The notes under the pieces were generated by a model. The model ran no database searches, was not told the origin of the DNA, and saw only the letters and a program-made list of their open reading frames with translations. This document shows positions 1-10,687 of a DNA stretch of 35,349 nucleotides, piece after piece. This DNA comes from Octopus bimaculoides (lineage: Eukaryota): NCBI RefSeq assembly GCF_001194135.2, contig NC_068981.1, positions 8,411,592 through 8,446,940 of the forward strand, read 5' to 3'. The stretch's first letter is position 1, and each line of letters opens with the position of its first letter. The position numbers and the translations under genes were made by a program.

Positions 1-136
1 AAGACTTTCTCAATACATTTACTAGAGTACAAATCTATTATTCCTTAATCAGAATAGTATTGACTTTGAAGTTTCAACCAGCTAAGCCATCATCGGACAG
101 TCCAATGATGGCTTGATGCTATTCTTGTTAAAGAAT

Positions 137-151
137 AATATATATATATAC

Positions 152-200
<49 letters not shown>

Positions 201-412
201 AACACACATGCGTGCGCGCACACCACACACACACACACATGCATACATACACAGGCATACACACACACACATACATACACACATGCATGCACACATGCAT
301 ACATGCACACACACGTCTGCACACACAGATGCACGCATACATCCATACACAGACACATACATACATACAAATACACACACATGCACACATACATACACAC
401 ATACATACATGT
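137..412. repeat. Compound (TA)n/(CA)n/(TACA)n microsatellite
   Basis: Dinucleotide and tetranucleotide runs seen directly; explains the ORFs at 82-512. Confidence 0.95.
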
Positions 413-454
413 ATGTTCTCTTTCTCGTTTTTGGTTTAGTATAAAAATTAACCA

Positions 455-683
455 ATCACTTGGTAGCATCATTGTGAAGGAAAGCATCTTCTTTCGTTCC
501 TCTTCCTTTTAATCTCAAAGATGTCTTGCAGATTTCTACAATCCCAGATATTGTGATCAATTGTAGTATTTGAATTAAGGATTTGTGTTCTCCCTGCAAG
601 ATCCCAAGTTCAACCATGCACTGCTCCAGGCTGGCCAGTTTGTATTTTGTTGCTCCAACAATAATAGGATGAAGCTGAAAGTC
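455..683 (-). mobile_element. Decayed C-terminal fragment of an RLE-type non-LTR retrotransposon (R2/R4/NeSL group)
   Basis: Manual minus-strand translation DFQLHPIIVGATKYKLASLEQCMVELGILQGEHKSLIQILQLITISGIVEICKTSL resembles the P-I-I-V-G-A ... L-G ... G-T-V-K-I-C-K-T-F end of RLE ORFs as I recall it. Confidence 0.45.
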
Positions 684-1311
684 TATCTTGGGTGCTTGAT
701 TAGTATGTGTGTATGTATGTATATGAACATAGGTGTGTGTTTGTGTGTGTGAGAAAGCCTACAAAAAGGGAGTGTCTAGCACTGGATTTCCCTCCTCATG
801 GACCCAGGACCTCCTCTATAAACCAAGCTTTGCTCACAAATAGATCCAAGACTTCAAAGAAATTAAAAATTCCTCTATCCATTGACTAAACCACTCCATG
901 TCTTCAGTTTCTTTATTTTCCCAAAATGTCATCATCTTACTGAAGTTATCTCCCTTGTATTTGCTTTTATATTTTAAACACTCCTAAGGGAAGTTTTCAT
1001 TTGCTAATTGCCTGGATAATGTCATTAATTGGTGATTTTCACCACACTATATTATATAACTAAGACCCTACCATGTTTATATAAGAGGGTCTAGGAAGGG
1101 AGTGAGTTTAAAATGGGTGGGGTTCTGAAGAGATGAAAAGATAAGGTGTATGGAAGTAGAGGTAAGGGGGAAAACAAAGGCGGATGTTGTGGTGTTGATG
1201 CCTTTCTTAAGATCCCTAACAATATGGGGGAGGGGTATGAAGGTGGCAGCACATGTATATTAAACATATATATTTAATAAATAAATATCTATCTATTAAA
1301 CAGTGGCAATA

Positions 1312-1514
1312 ATAGTAATCCTTTCTACTAAAAACTTGAAATTTGGGGGGAGGAGACTAGTCGATTAGATCGACCCCAGTAATCAACTGGTACTTATTTT
1401 ATCGACCCCGAAAGGATGAAAGGCAAAGTCAACCTCGGCAGAATTTCAACTCAGAACGTAGCGAAATGTTGCTAAGCATTTTACTTGGTGTGCTGACGAT
1501 TCTGGCAGCTCACC
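1312..1514 (-). mobile_element. tRNA-derived SINE, family A (full length)
   Basis: Reverse complement matches the copies at 26545-26765 and 34917-35134; contains ggtacttattttatcgaccccgaaaggatgaaaggcaaagtc; B-box-like gagttgaaattc on the minus strand. Confidence 0.85.
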
Positions 1515-1540
1515 TAATAATAATAATAATAATAATAATA

Positions 1541-1571
<31 letters not shown>

Positions 1572-1587
1572 GGATGATGATGATGAT
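1515..1587. repeat. (AAT)n(GAT)n microsatellite
   Basis: Seen directly. Confidence 0.95.
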
Positions 1588-1706
1588 TTCAAATTTTAGC
1601 ACAAGGCCAGCAAGTCCAGGGAGAGGATAAATCGATTACATCAATCCCCAGCATTCAACTGGTACTTATTTTATTGACCCTGAAAAGATGAAAGATAAAG
1701 TCGACG
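1585..1706 (-). mobile_element. SINE family A, 5'-truncated copy
   Basis: Shares caactggtacttattttattgaccctgaaaagatgaaag with the 1312-1514 copy. Confidence 0.8.
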
Positions 1707-2147
1707 TTTATCTGTTATTATAACAATAACAGCAGCAGCAGCAACAACAACAGCAACAGTAACAACAGCAACAGCATCAACCACAACAACATTTGAGCTA
1801 ATTATGAATCGGGTCACACTGGCATTCTTTCTTATGTAGATCAATACAACTAAATAATTGGAGACACCAGCAGACCTGTTACACCACTGTTAGCAGTTCA
1901 AATACAGCTCAGTTTAGCTTTTGCTGCTTCCCGACTACAAGGGTCAGCATCTTTGTTTTGTTAAGGCCCAATTTGGATTTCTTTCCTTTTTTAAATTTAT
2001 CTACATATATATATATATATATTAGATCATATCTTGTATAAATTACTTCCACATATTTCCTGCTATTGGTTCCATTCCTGACACTGCTTTGGCCAACGAA
2101 AGCCTTGTTAGTAGCTTTGGTAGAGAGATGCTGTAAGAAGCCCATTG

Positions 2148-2186
<39 letters not shown>

Positions 2187-2240
2187 ATTTTGGGATTTGG
2201 TTTGCAAGATTCTTTATGTGAGTTTGTGTGTTGAAGCATT

Positions 2241-2549
2241 TTCTGTTGTGTCTGGGAAGACTCATTTTCTTTTTGTGCCTTATAATTTAATACACTCACT
2301 GGTCAAATTTCCACTTATTTCTTATTTTTATTTTCCTAAAATTTTCATTGCGTCTTGCAACCTTTTCAATAGTCTTGACTCTCAGAGAGTCAAGACTATT
2401 GAGAGTCAAGACTATTGAGAGTCAAGACTATTGAGAGTCAAGACTATTGAAAAGGTTGCAAGACACAACAAAAATTTTAGGAAAATACCAGTGAGTGTGT
2501 TAAATTATAAGGCACAAGAAGAGAATGACTCTCCCCAGACTCAACAGAA
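2241..2549. repeat. Foldback palindrome (about 115-bp arms) with central 4 x 16-bp tandem array
   Basis: 2241-2383 is the reverse complement of 2433-2549 apart from substitutions and a roughly 25-bp indel; gagagtcaagactatt is repeated four times at 2385-2448. Confidence 0.9.
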
Positions 2550-2852
2550 TATATATATTATTGTTAAAGAGGACAATAAACGTTAAGGCAAGGCAAACAT
2601 CTCAAGTCATATACATTATTATTACTGAAAAAATTCAAAGTCTTTGATTGATGTGTAATACAGTGCAGTACTGTATTGTATTTTTATTTATTAATTTTTA
2701 GGCATGAAAATGCTTATTTTACCACAGAAATAATCATAATCTAAACAAATATAAATACTTATCAGCCACAGAAACCCCCACGATATACTGAGGCATGATG
2801 GGGGAACTGCAATGTGGTAAGTGATTATTGTANNNNNNNNNNNNNNNNNNNN

Positions 2853-2893
<41 letters not shown>

Positions 2894-2934
2894 TTTATTT
2901 GTTTCAGTCATTTGACTGCAGCCATGCTGGAGCA

Positions 2935-3160
2935 CCACCATCATCATCATCATCGTTTAACGTCCGCTTTCCATGCTAGCATGGGTTGGACAATTTGACT
3001 GAGGACTGGTGAAACCGGATGGCAACACCAGACTCCAATCTGATCCGGCAGTGTTTCTACAGCTGGATGCCCTTCCTAACGCCAACCACTCCAAGAGTAT
3101 AGTGGATGCTTTTTACGTGCCACTGGCACGAGGGCCAGTCCGGCGGTACTGGCAATGGCC
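2935..3160 (-). mobile_element. SINE-like repeat family B ((ATG)n tail)
   Basis: catcatcatcgtttaacgtccg...gctggatgcccttcctaacgccaaccac; reverse complement of the copies at 3345, 6445, 22390, 26145 and 27540. Confidence 0.85.
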
Positions 3161-3344
3161 AAGTGTAATAAATGGGTGAGGGTGAAAAGTTGTTTTACCC
3201 TTAATTTATGCAACAATAAGAAAATGGAGGGGATTAAGAGTTGGTATTCATCAACTTATAGACATTATATTATGTCTATTTATTTTTTAAAAAGGACAAT
3301 TATATCAATGTACATACATGTATAACATATTATGCTTTGTCACA

Positions 3345-3537
3345 TAAAAGCACCCAGACCAGTGCCATGTTAATTACCACCCACTACACTTAGTGAAGTG
3401 GTTGGCATTAGGAAGGGCATCCATCCATAAAAAACCTGCCAGAACAGACATATGGAGCCGAGGAAGCTCCTGTCGAAACATCCGACCCATGCCTGCATGG
3501 AGAGCGGACATTAAATGATGATGATGATGATGATGAC
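3345..3537 (+). mobile_element. SINE-like repeat family B
   Basis: gtggttggcattaggaagggcatcc...ggacattaaatgatgatg. Confidence 0.8.
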
Positions 3538-4020
3538 GTATGTGTCTTTGTGTCTTTGTGCCTGGGTTGAAATGCAAATAAAAAATGTCTAGATGTAAGA
3601 AGGGGTTCACTTAGGGACCACTTCAGTAGTTTGTCTTGTTGCTGCCTCCTACCTCATAACTTGTCTTCACCTCAGTCCATCTTGTCCCCTACTACAGTTC
3701 CTTGCCTTGCTCCCCTAGGGAACATCTCAGTGACTTGCCCTGTTCCTGTCACCCACTTCACTACATGTATTGAGTACTTTCTCTTCTGTTTTGAAATCCA
3801 AAATATACATATTCTCTCTTATATTATAAAACCTTGTGAAGCTTCCCTATTCTGCTTCTCATGTTGCTTGCAGTTATGGAGTCAGACATTACAAAAGTTG
3901 TGTCTTCCCAATTAAATTTTTTCTAATGCCGCTTTTGTTGTGATGTCAACTAATTAAAGAAGAGGATAGTTGATATAATTAACTCCATTACTTGGTTACT
4001 AATTATTAATCATGCATTAA

Positions 4021-4245
4021 TTAACCCTTTTGATACCAATGCTCCAGAAACCATTCTTGGTTCCCTGAAACAAACCTCTCATCTTAAATGAAAACCTTTC
4101 ATCAAAATTCCATCTCAATTTATGTTCCAGACATCAGCTTAATAATGACAAAAGTTATTTTACTATGAAATTCTTCATTATTTTCAAAATTGGTTTAAAA
4201 CAATGGTAGTGTATTTCAACAGAAATATGGAAACGAAATGGTTAG
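4021..4245. mobile_element. piggyBac-type MITE (TTAA-flanked)
   Basis: Begins TTAA|ccctttt-gatacca and ends ggaaacgaaatgg|ttag; an inverted homologous copy lies at 28285-28509. Confidence 0.7.
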
Positions 4246-4869
4246 AAACAAATTTTAATTTTCATAGTATTTTATGAGTGTTAATTCATATATTCTTGTT
4301 CCTTAAATAGCCTTAACCAAAAGGTGCTTCAAAATGCCATACTTTGGTAGGTCCTCAATTTCATGTATGTTTCTGCCAATGTAGTTGAGAGGTCTTTGTC
4401 CTCAGAGTGCAAAAAGTCTGATGTGGCCAGTAAATTTACCCTGCATTGAGCAACGCTTAGTGAAATTGGTGAAACATTTCTATGGATTTCTTCTTTGATC
4501 TTGTGGTTATATCATGAAATGTTTTGAATTCTCACCATCATGGTAGTCTTAAAACTCCATCCTTATAGTTCCAAGTTTTGAACAATTTGTAGTTCAATAT
4601 AATTTGTTTTGTATTGTGTAACATGAAAATCTTGATAAGATGGTCATCAATTCCATAGCTAATATGTATGTGATCTACAAATGTATCACAGACCTATTAA
4701 ATATATGCAAACTATACATAAAGCTTGTCATATGAATACAACTGTACAAAAGAAGAACACATTCTCAAAAGCTTTGTTGAGCAGAATATAAAATGTTGGT
4801 GTCACATAAAATTTGGTAGAAAGAAACAGAACAAAGCCCAAAATATATTGGTTTTGCACCTAAAATGCA

Positions 4870-6310
4870 TCTAGCAGTATAGGCTACTCCACGGACTCAA
4901 ATGGCTGAAGGCACATAACCGCTCTACAAACTGGAGGAACAAATACGTCATGGTCAGTTGGTTTTGTGAACAAAACATAATTGTCCCTTTAGATGCCTTA
5001 AAGAAGAGGCTCCCATCAGTTATCTTTGGTCTCCACAGAAATGACACTATGGCCATCTGTAGAGGAGCTAATGGCCTTATCCTCAATAGGCTTAGGGAGG
5101 GCCTAATTAACCCCCTTATTGCCATGGGGCTCAAAATAACAATCGAGACCAACCTCACCATTGTAAATGTTTCAGACGTTATATTAGACCTCAGCTCCTC
5201 TTTTTACAGACCATACCACAAACCAAATAAGGAGGTGTCCTACATTAATACAGCCTACTGCCACCTAACTACCCTGTTTAGGAACTTAGTGAAGAGTGTC
5301 AGCAAGAGAATCTTGAACCTGTCCTCATGTCAAGAGATTTCTGATACTGCAAGCCCTTATTACAATGAGGCCCTGGCATTCAGTGGGTCAAAGGACTGCA
5401 TCTCCTATGTCATGGGTCCTAGCAGCCACAAAAGGAAGTACCACCATAATGTTGATTGGTCAGTCAGGTTCTTCTCTCTCAGTGTTAAAACATGTATGGG
5501 AAGAATATTCCTTAGCTTGGTAGACAAGCACTTCACACAAATATGGACGTTTGTTTAATAAGCACAACTTAAGAATATCCTTTAGTTGCATGCCCATCAT
5601 TAAGAAAATTTTAGCGAGCAGCCCTAAGCTGCAAGCAGAAGCAGGATGCTCGTGTAGGATATACAATGAATACTCAGGGGTGGGGGCGGTCGATGTGAAG
5701 ATAAATGGGGTTCATGTATGAGGTTGAGGTGGCAGCCAGAGTAACAACATATGCAGCAATGATGCGTCCATCAACAACAGCAACACCAATAGTAACAGTG
5801 ACACAACAGCACTTCAAGCATCAGAGATAACAATACCAATAGTTACAATGGTAGCAGGAGTACCAAATGCTATTATGCCAGGAACAACAGAACCACCAGA
5901 ACCATGTCCAGGAATATCAGCACTAGCAGCAACTCCAGCAACAAGAACAACAACATCAGACCTGGAGTTAACGAAAGAAACATCAATGGTGGTAGCACAT
6001 CCAATACACAAGCACCAAAATATATTGGTTCAACTGTACCCCCATTTTTGAACAACCACAAGTCTTCTTTTAGGATACCAGAAAGGCGCAACAACACGCC
6101 ACTGGCCAGCCACATATGTCACTTAAAAGAGGAAGGAACGCCATACATAACTAAATGGAAGCTCCTTGAAGAACCAGGGACTTTTATAGATGGGAGCAAA
6201 TGATGTAAGATTTGGTTGGCCAAGAGGGCAAAAATCTTAAGTAAAAGTCACTTTTTAAACTCCAGGAAAGAGGTATTCAGTCAATGTCCTCATCTCAAAC
6301 ATTTCCTACT
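4870..6310 (+). mobile_element. Decayed Penelope-like element (RT C-terminal half plus GIY-YIG endonuclease)
   Basis: ORF 4950-5558 GLHRND..MGLKITIETNLTIVNVSDVILDL..YRPYHKPN..YIN fits a PLE RT (degenerate YRDD region, FLDV-like motif, thumb). Downstream are CSCR, MYEVEV, KYIGST..NNHKSSF..LASHI..KW and LNSRKEVFSQCPH, typical of the PLE GIY-YIG. Frameshifts and stops present. Confidence 0.9.
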
Positions 6311-6444
6311 TCTGACTTGGAACTGCCCTTTCGTTGAATAGTCCCACCTAATATCTTTCTAATATCACCATGGCCAGAGCTGATGTAAAGGGAATAACTC
6401 CATCCCACTAATCCCATCCCACAGTACGGACAATTATGTTTTGT

Positions 6445-6564
6445 TTACAAGTGGTTGGCATTAGGAACCATGCCAAAACAGACAATGGAGTCCGATGCAG
6501 CTGTCCGGCTTGCCAGCCCTGGTCAAACCGTCCAACCCATGCCAGTATGGAAAGTGGACGTTAA

Positions 6565-6606
<42 letters not shown>

Positions 6607-6648
6607 GTGATGCTAATGGTGCTGATGATGATGATGATGATGATGATA
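6445..6648 (+). mobile_element. SINE-like repeat family B with expanded (GAT)n tail
   Basis: gtggttggcattaggaacc...ccaacccatgccagtatggaaagtggacgttaaa(tga)n. Confidence 0.85.
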
Positions 6649-6649
6649 T

Positions 6650-6846
6650 ATGTATGTATATATTGGATTTGATTGGATTGCCTATGTTCAGTCCACTGCA
6701 GGATGAAGACCTCAGCATATTTTCTCCACCACCCACAGTCTGATGTGGAGGCCATGGATTTGAACTTGAGATTATACTGCTGCATGTGTGTGTGTGTGTG
6801 TGTGTGTGTGCATGTGTATGCATGTATGTATGTGTGTATGTATGTA

Positions 6847-6902
<56 letters not shown>

Positions 6903-7200
6903 TAATTGCATGCATGTATGTGTGAAAGAATGTGTATGTGTGTATATGTATAAATGATATAATTAATTGGAATATTCTTGATGAGGATAACAATAATTAC
7001 CATGGTAACAGAAATGATATTGGTAACAATGACAGAATCAGGGAGAAATCAACAGTGACATTAGGGACGACCAGAAGGACGACAGTAACAACATCAATGA
7101 TGAAAACTATAATGATGATGACGATGACGGTGGTGGTGGTGGTGGTGGTGGTGGTGGTGGTGGATTGCAGCAATGGTGGTGGTGGTGGTGGTAATGACAT
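6650..7200. repeat. Compound TG/TA and GAT/GGT microsatellite region with short unique spacers
   Basis: Seen directly. Confidence 0.85.
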
Positions 7201-7424
7201 ACTAATCTTCTCCTCTCTGTTATGACTCATTCCTCACCATCTTTTTAAGTTTTTACCATTCTATCTCTGTTACTAACTCATTAGAATTATTGCATAAATC
7301 TGTCTGTCTGCCTGTCATCTCTCTTCTCTCTTTCTCTTCCTCCCCTCTCTCTTTCTCTCTCCTGATATATATTTGTACGCGCATGTGTGTGTGTGTGTCC
7401 ATGTGCACACGTGTGTGTGTGTGT

Positions 7425-7570
7425 CCCATTACTGCTTAACAACCAGTGCTGGTTTGTTTATGTCCCATAACCTAGCAGCTTGGGGTTGATTTGTTTGTCT
7501 AAAATCTTTCAGGGCAGTTTCCCAGCATGGCAACAGTCTAAGACTGAAGCAAGTAGAAAATAAAAGAGTT
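7425..7570 (+). mobile_element. SINE family C fragment
   Basis: tttgtttatgtccc...ggggttgatt...cccagcatgg..cagtc..actgaa homologous to 25345-25530. Confidence 0.6.
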
Positions 7571-7571
7571 C

Positions 7572-7845
7572 AATTCCTGGACTGGGCTACATGTGTTCTT
7601 GAGCAAGACACTTTATTTCACATTGCTGCAGTTCACTCAGCTGTAGAAAGGAGTTGTGATGTCACTGGTGCCAAGCTGTATCGGCCCCTTTACCTTTCCC
7701 TTAGACAACATCGTTGCATGAAAAGGGAAGACTGATATGCATGGGCAAGTGCTGCTCTTCCACAAACAACCTTGCCCAGACTTGTGCCTCGGAGGGGAAC
7801 TTTCTAGGTGCAATCCCAAGGTCCTTCATAACTGAAAGGGGGTCT
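7572..7845 (+). mobile_element. Probable SINE (family E)
   Basis: caattcctggactggg followed by tgtgttcttgagcaagacacttt is the typical post-B-box segment of tRNA-derived SINEs; single copy in the window. Confidence 0.5.
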
Positions 7846-8399
7846 TATATATATAACATACATTTAAGAGGGATGACCACTAAGTGGACATCCCTTATAC
7901 TAGATGTAGATCCCATATGGTCTGACCACTAAGAAAAGATTGTTCTCAAGAAAATTCAGCAAACGCCAGAACATAAGTGAGCAAGACAAATGAAAAGATA
8001 CAAAATATAGAGATTAATCAGAAACCGGGTTTCATTGTTACCACTTACGTAATACTTAGGTAAATGTCTGCAGCTCATCAGTGTGATTGTCATAGCAAAA
8101 TATAATATGCAGAACTATACACGAGATGTCCGCATGAGATTGAACATGCATATAGTTCCACCTATTACATTTGGGATTATATTTCAAAAGTCTTCATTTT
8201 GGCGTGCCAAAATACTGGAAATAATTCTGCAGAAAATAATTCTCTGCAGTGAATTTTGCTGGTTAGAGATTATGGTTATTTAAATTTAAATAATAAGGGT
8301 GAAAAATTGAATATTAATTTGGTTAATATCAATTTAAAACCAAGTGGCCTAGCATATAGAAAAATCTGAAGATTCAGAAAAATTATATTACGTACATAT

Positions 8400-8815
8400 A
8401 AGAGGGATGACCATTAAGTCCAGGACACACCAGTCAGATCAACAAGTTTGTCAATTGTTCAGTGATGGTCCTCCAAGATCAGTTCATGAATTTTCATCCT
8501 GAACAAGGTTGGTCTTCAAACAACAACTGACCATTCCTAACACTTGGAAACCATTTGTAAACTTATGTTTTACTCATGGCAGCGTCCTTGTAAGTTGTTT
8601 GGAGCATGACAACTGCTTTGGCTGCTGTTTTCCCCCTTCATTTCAACCATCACAAAAATTGACGAACAGGGGAGGAGCACTGCAAAACAAAGATACACCA
8701 CATAACAGTCCAACCTCACCCAATGACACTGGTTGGCAAACTGATGCCAAGTGGCTCCTAGCAGTGGAAACCTGAACTACAACAGGTTTGTCCCACTTTT
8801 AGGTACCCCTTCATA
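8400..8815 (-). mobile_element. Mariner transposase N-terminal remnant
   Basis: Minus-strand pieces GKTAAKAVVMLQTTYKDAAMSKT*VYKWF..NGQLLFEDQPCSG and KIHELILEDHH*TIDKLVDLTGVSW match the mariner HTH region; a degenerate TIR-like end lies near 8790-8815. Confidence 0.75.
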
Positions 8816-9234
8816 TGTTATAGTGTTACTATTTACCTGTTATTTGTTGTTTTTGTTGAAATAATGTTTGTAAATGTTTCTTTCATTTAAAATACTCTTT
8901 CTTATTTGATTGCACCTGTGGTCATAACTGCAGGTGCAGTCAGAATGTGCACACAGATACAACATTGCACATGCATTTAGTGTTATTCTAGATGCACTTT
9001 AATTGAGCTTGAAATTACAGCAGACTGTGAAATACAAGGTCTAATTGCACATACAACTGTTACTGCTTGCACACTAAATACACATGCATCGGTTATAATT
9101 GCATGTGAAGTTGTAGTCTAAATGCACAAACTGTTGCAGCTGTATGTGCACTGTGATTGCCTCTTGACCATAAAACTTTGTACAATATCCAAATGTCAAA
9201 TCGAGATGTTGGAGTGGCTCTAGCAAATTTACAT

Positions 9235-9420
9235 TGTTATTGTTGTTGTTGTTGATGATGATGTGGAGGTGGTTGTTGCTGTTGTTGTTGTTGTTGTGGC
9301 AATTTCTGTTGTTACTGGTGTTGCTGTCATTAGGTTTCTTGTTGTTGCTACGCTTGTTGTTGCTACGCTTGTTGTTGCTACGCTTGTTGTAGTAGTTGCT
9401 TTTTTTGTTTGTTGTTTTTC
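9235..9420. repeat. (GTT)n-rich low-complexity repeat with three copies of gttgttgctacgctt
   Basis: Seen directly; explains ORF 9263-9625. Confidence 0.9.
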
Positions 9421-9604
9421 ATGTCCTTCTAAACTGAAGAGCTACACACAGCTGAGAAGTGCCCTACTCGATTCATTCCAATATATTCCCCCCTTAACCA
9501 ATTCTCAATCCAAATTATGCCAATATTTAAAATATATTTTACTTTTGTCTATGGTCAATGGAATCTGTGAAAGACAGACACTCTATGAGGTAATTTCATT
9601 GAAT

Positions 9605-9642
9605 TATGTGTATATATGTAACTGAATACATGCATAAATGTA

Positions 9643-9684
<42 letters not shown>

Positions 9685-9707
9685 NNNNNNNNNNTGTATG
9701 TATGTAT

Positions 9708-9757
<50 letters not shown>

Positions 9758-9760
9758 ACA
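9605..9760. repeat. (TA)n/(CA)n microsatellite spanning a 10-N gap
   Basis: Seen directly. Confidence 0.95.
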
Positions 9761-10393
9761 TGACTCTCTTCCCCTCCTAAATTCAACTGCCCAATTTTGC
9801 ACTGTTTATAAAGCTGGAACGTCATCCCCTAATAAGGCAACCATGTCAGTATGAATGTTGCTGGGGGCTAAACCTTTTTTCTACAGGTACTTGATAATAC
9901 CACAATACCAAATTTTGTCTACTTTTAGGAGACGTTGCTACTAGTTACTTTTGAAGTCTTCTTTAAACAGTTTGATGTCAGTTTACTTGGAAAGAAACAA
10001 GGCAATTGTTAATAAGAAGGGCTGAAATTAAGGGATGCAAGATTTTACAGCTCTAGCATCACGAGTCAGCCTCTAAACCTTTCAGCCCACCCTCGTAAGT
10101 AGAGTTAGACTCAAAGCCATTTCCTCTTGAAGTACATTTGTTTATTCCAGTATTAAAATTCCATATGTAATTCTTATATTTATGTCAGGTATGCATTAGA
10201 GTTGAAAATTCTGGAAATATTGTTTCCAGGATTATTATACAGCAAAACAGAAAGTTATAAAAACTTTATTGTTTTATTTAATCACCATTACACATGTTTC
10301 ATTTGCTAATAGGAATTATAAACATGTAAGAAATTTCCAATTGGCAATTCTTCAGACAGAGCATCAAATAATAGTATTTGATTCAAGTGAAGG

Positions 10394-10446
10394 TTGGTGG
10401 CAGGGTATTACTAGACTTTGGTGGCAGGGTATTACTAGACTTTGGT
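10394..10446. repeat. 24-bp tandem duplication
   Basis: ggtggcagggtattactagacttt at 10396-10419 and 10420-10443. Confidence 0.95.
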
Positions 10447-10529
10447 TCTGGTTCATTTGTTTGAACTCAAAAGGAATAATTAAAACTTTGAAACAAAAGA
10501 TGAAGTAAATTATTCTATACATGTATAAA

Positions 10530-10670
10530 ATGTGTGGCTGTAAAGTTTGCTTCTAAATCATGTTTCAAGCTATATGACAACTTGGATACATGTTTTCTAC
10601 TCTAGCCCTGGGCTGTCCAAGGTCTTGTGAGTGAATTTTGTATATGGGAACTGAAAAGAAGCTTGCATAG
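10530..10670 (+). mobile_element. Diverged SINE family D copy
   Basis: gtggctgtaaagtttgcttc...ttgtgagtgaattttg...aactgaaaagaagc aligns by eye to 24627-24790. Confidence 0.6.
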
Positions 10671-10687
10671 GTGTGTGTAAATATATA

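Noticed and set aside
1-12. aagactttctca matches the sequence just 3' of the 24893 hammerhead
   Set aside because: A single 12-mer match is expected by chance in a window this size; upstream sequence is unavailable.
82-512. Long YI/CV/HT-rich ORFs here and at 6461-7003, 17453-19341 and 30201-30639
   Set aside because: Translations of dinucleotide microsatellites, open in several frames on both strands.
750-1060. Possible further Penelope endonuclease tail (NHSMSSVS...LKL...GKFSF)
   Set aside because: The resemblance is too faint and stop-ridden to support without an alignment.
4300-4860. Unassigned segment upstream of the Penelope RT, tested as mariner or exon
   Set aside because: Stops in the frames examined; no convincing motif.
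6370-6405. gagctgatgtaaagggaataactc as a hammerhead at the PLE 3' end
   Set aside because: Both core boxes are mutated (CUGAUGU, GAAU) and there is no stem III.
8049-8226. Minus-strand exon between a good acceptor (8227) and a gtaagt donor (8043-8048)
   Set aside because: All three frames contain stops for each acceptor tried.
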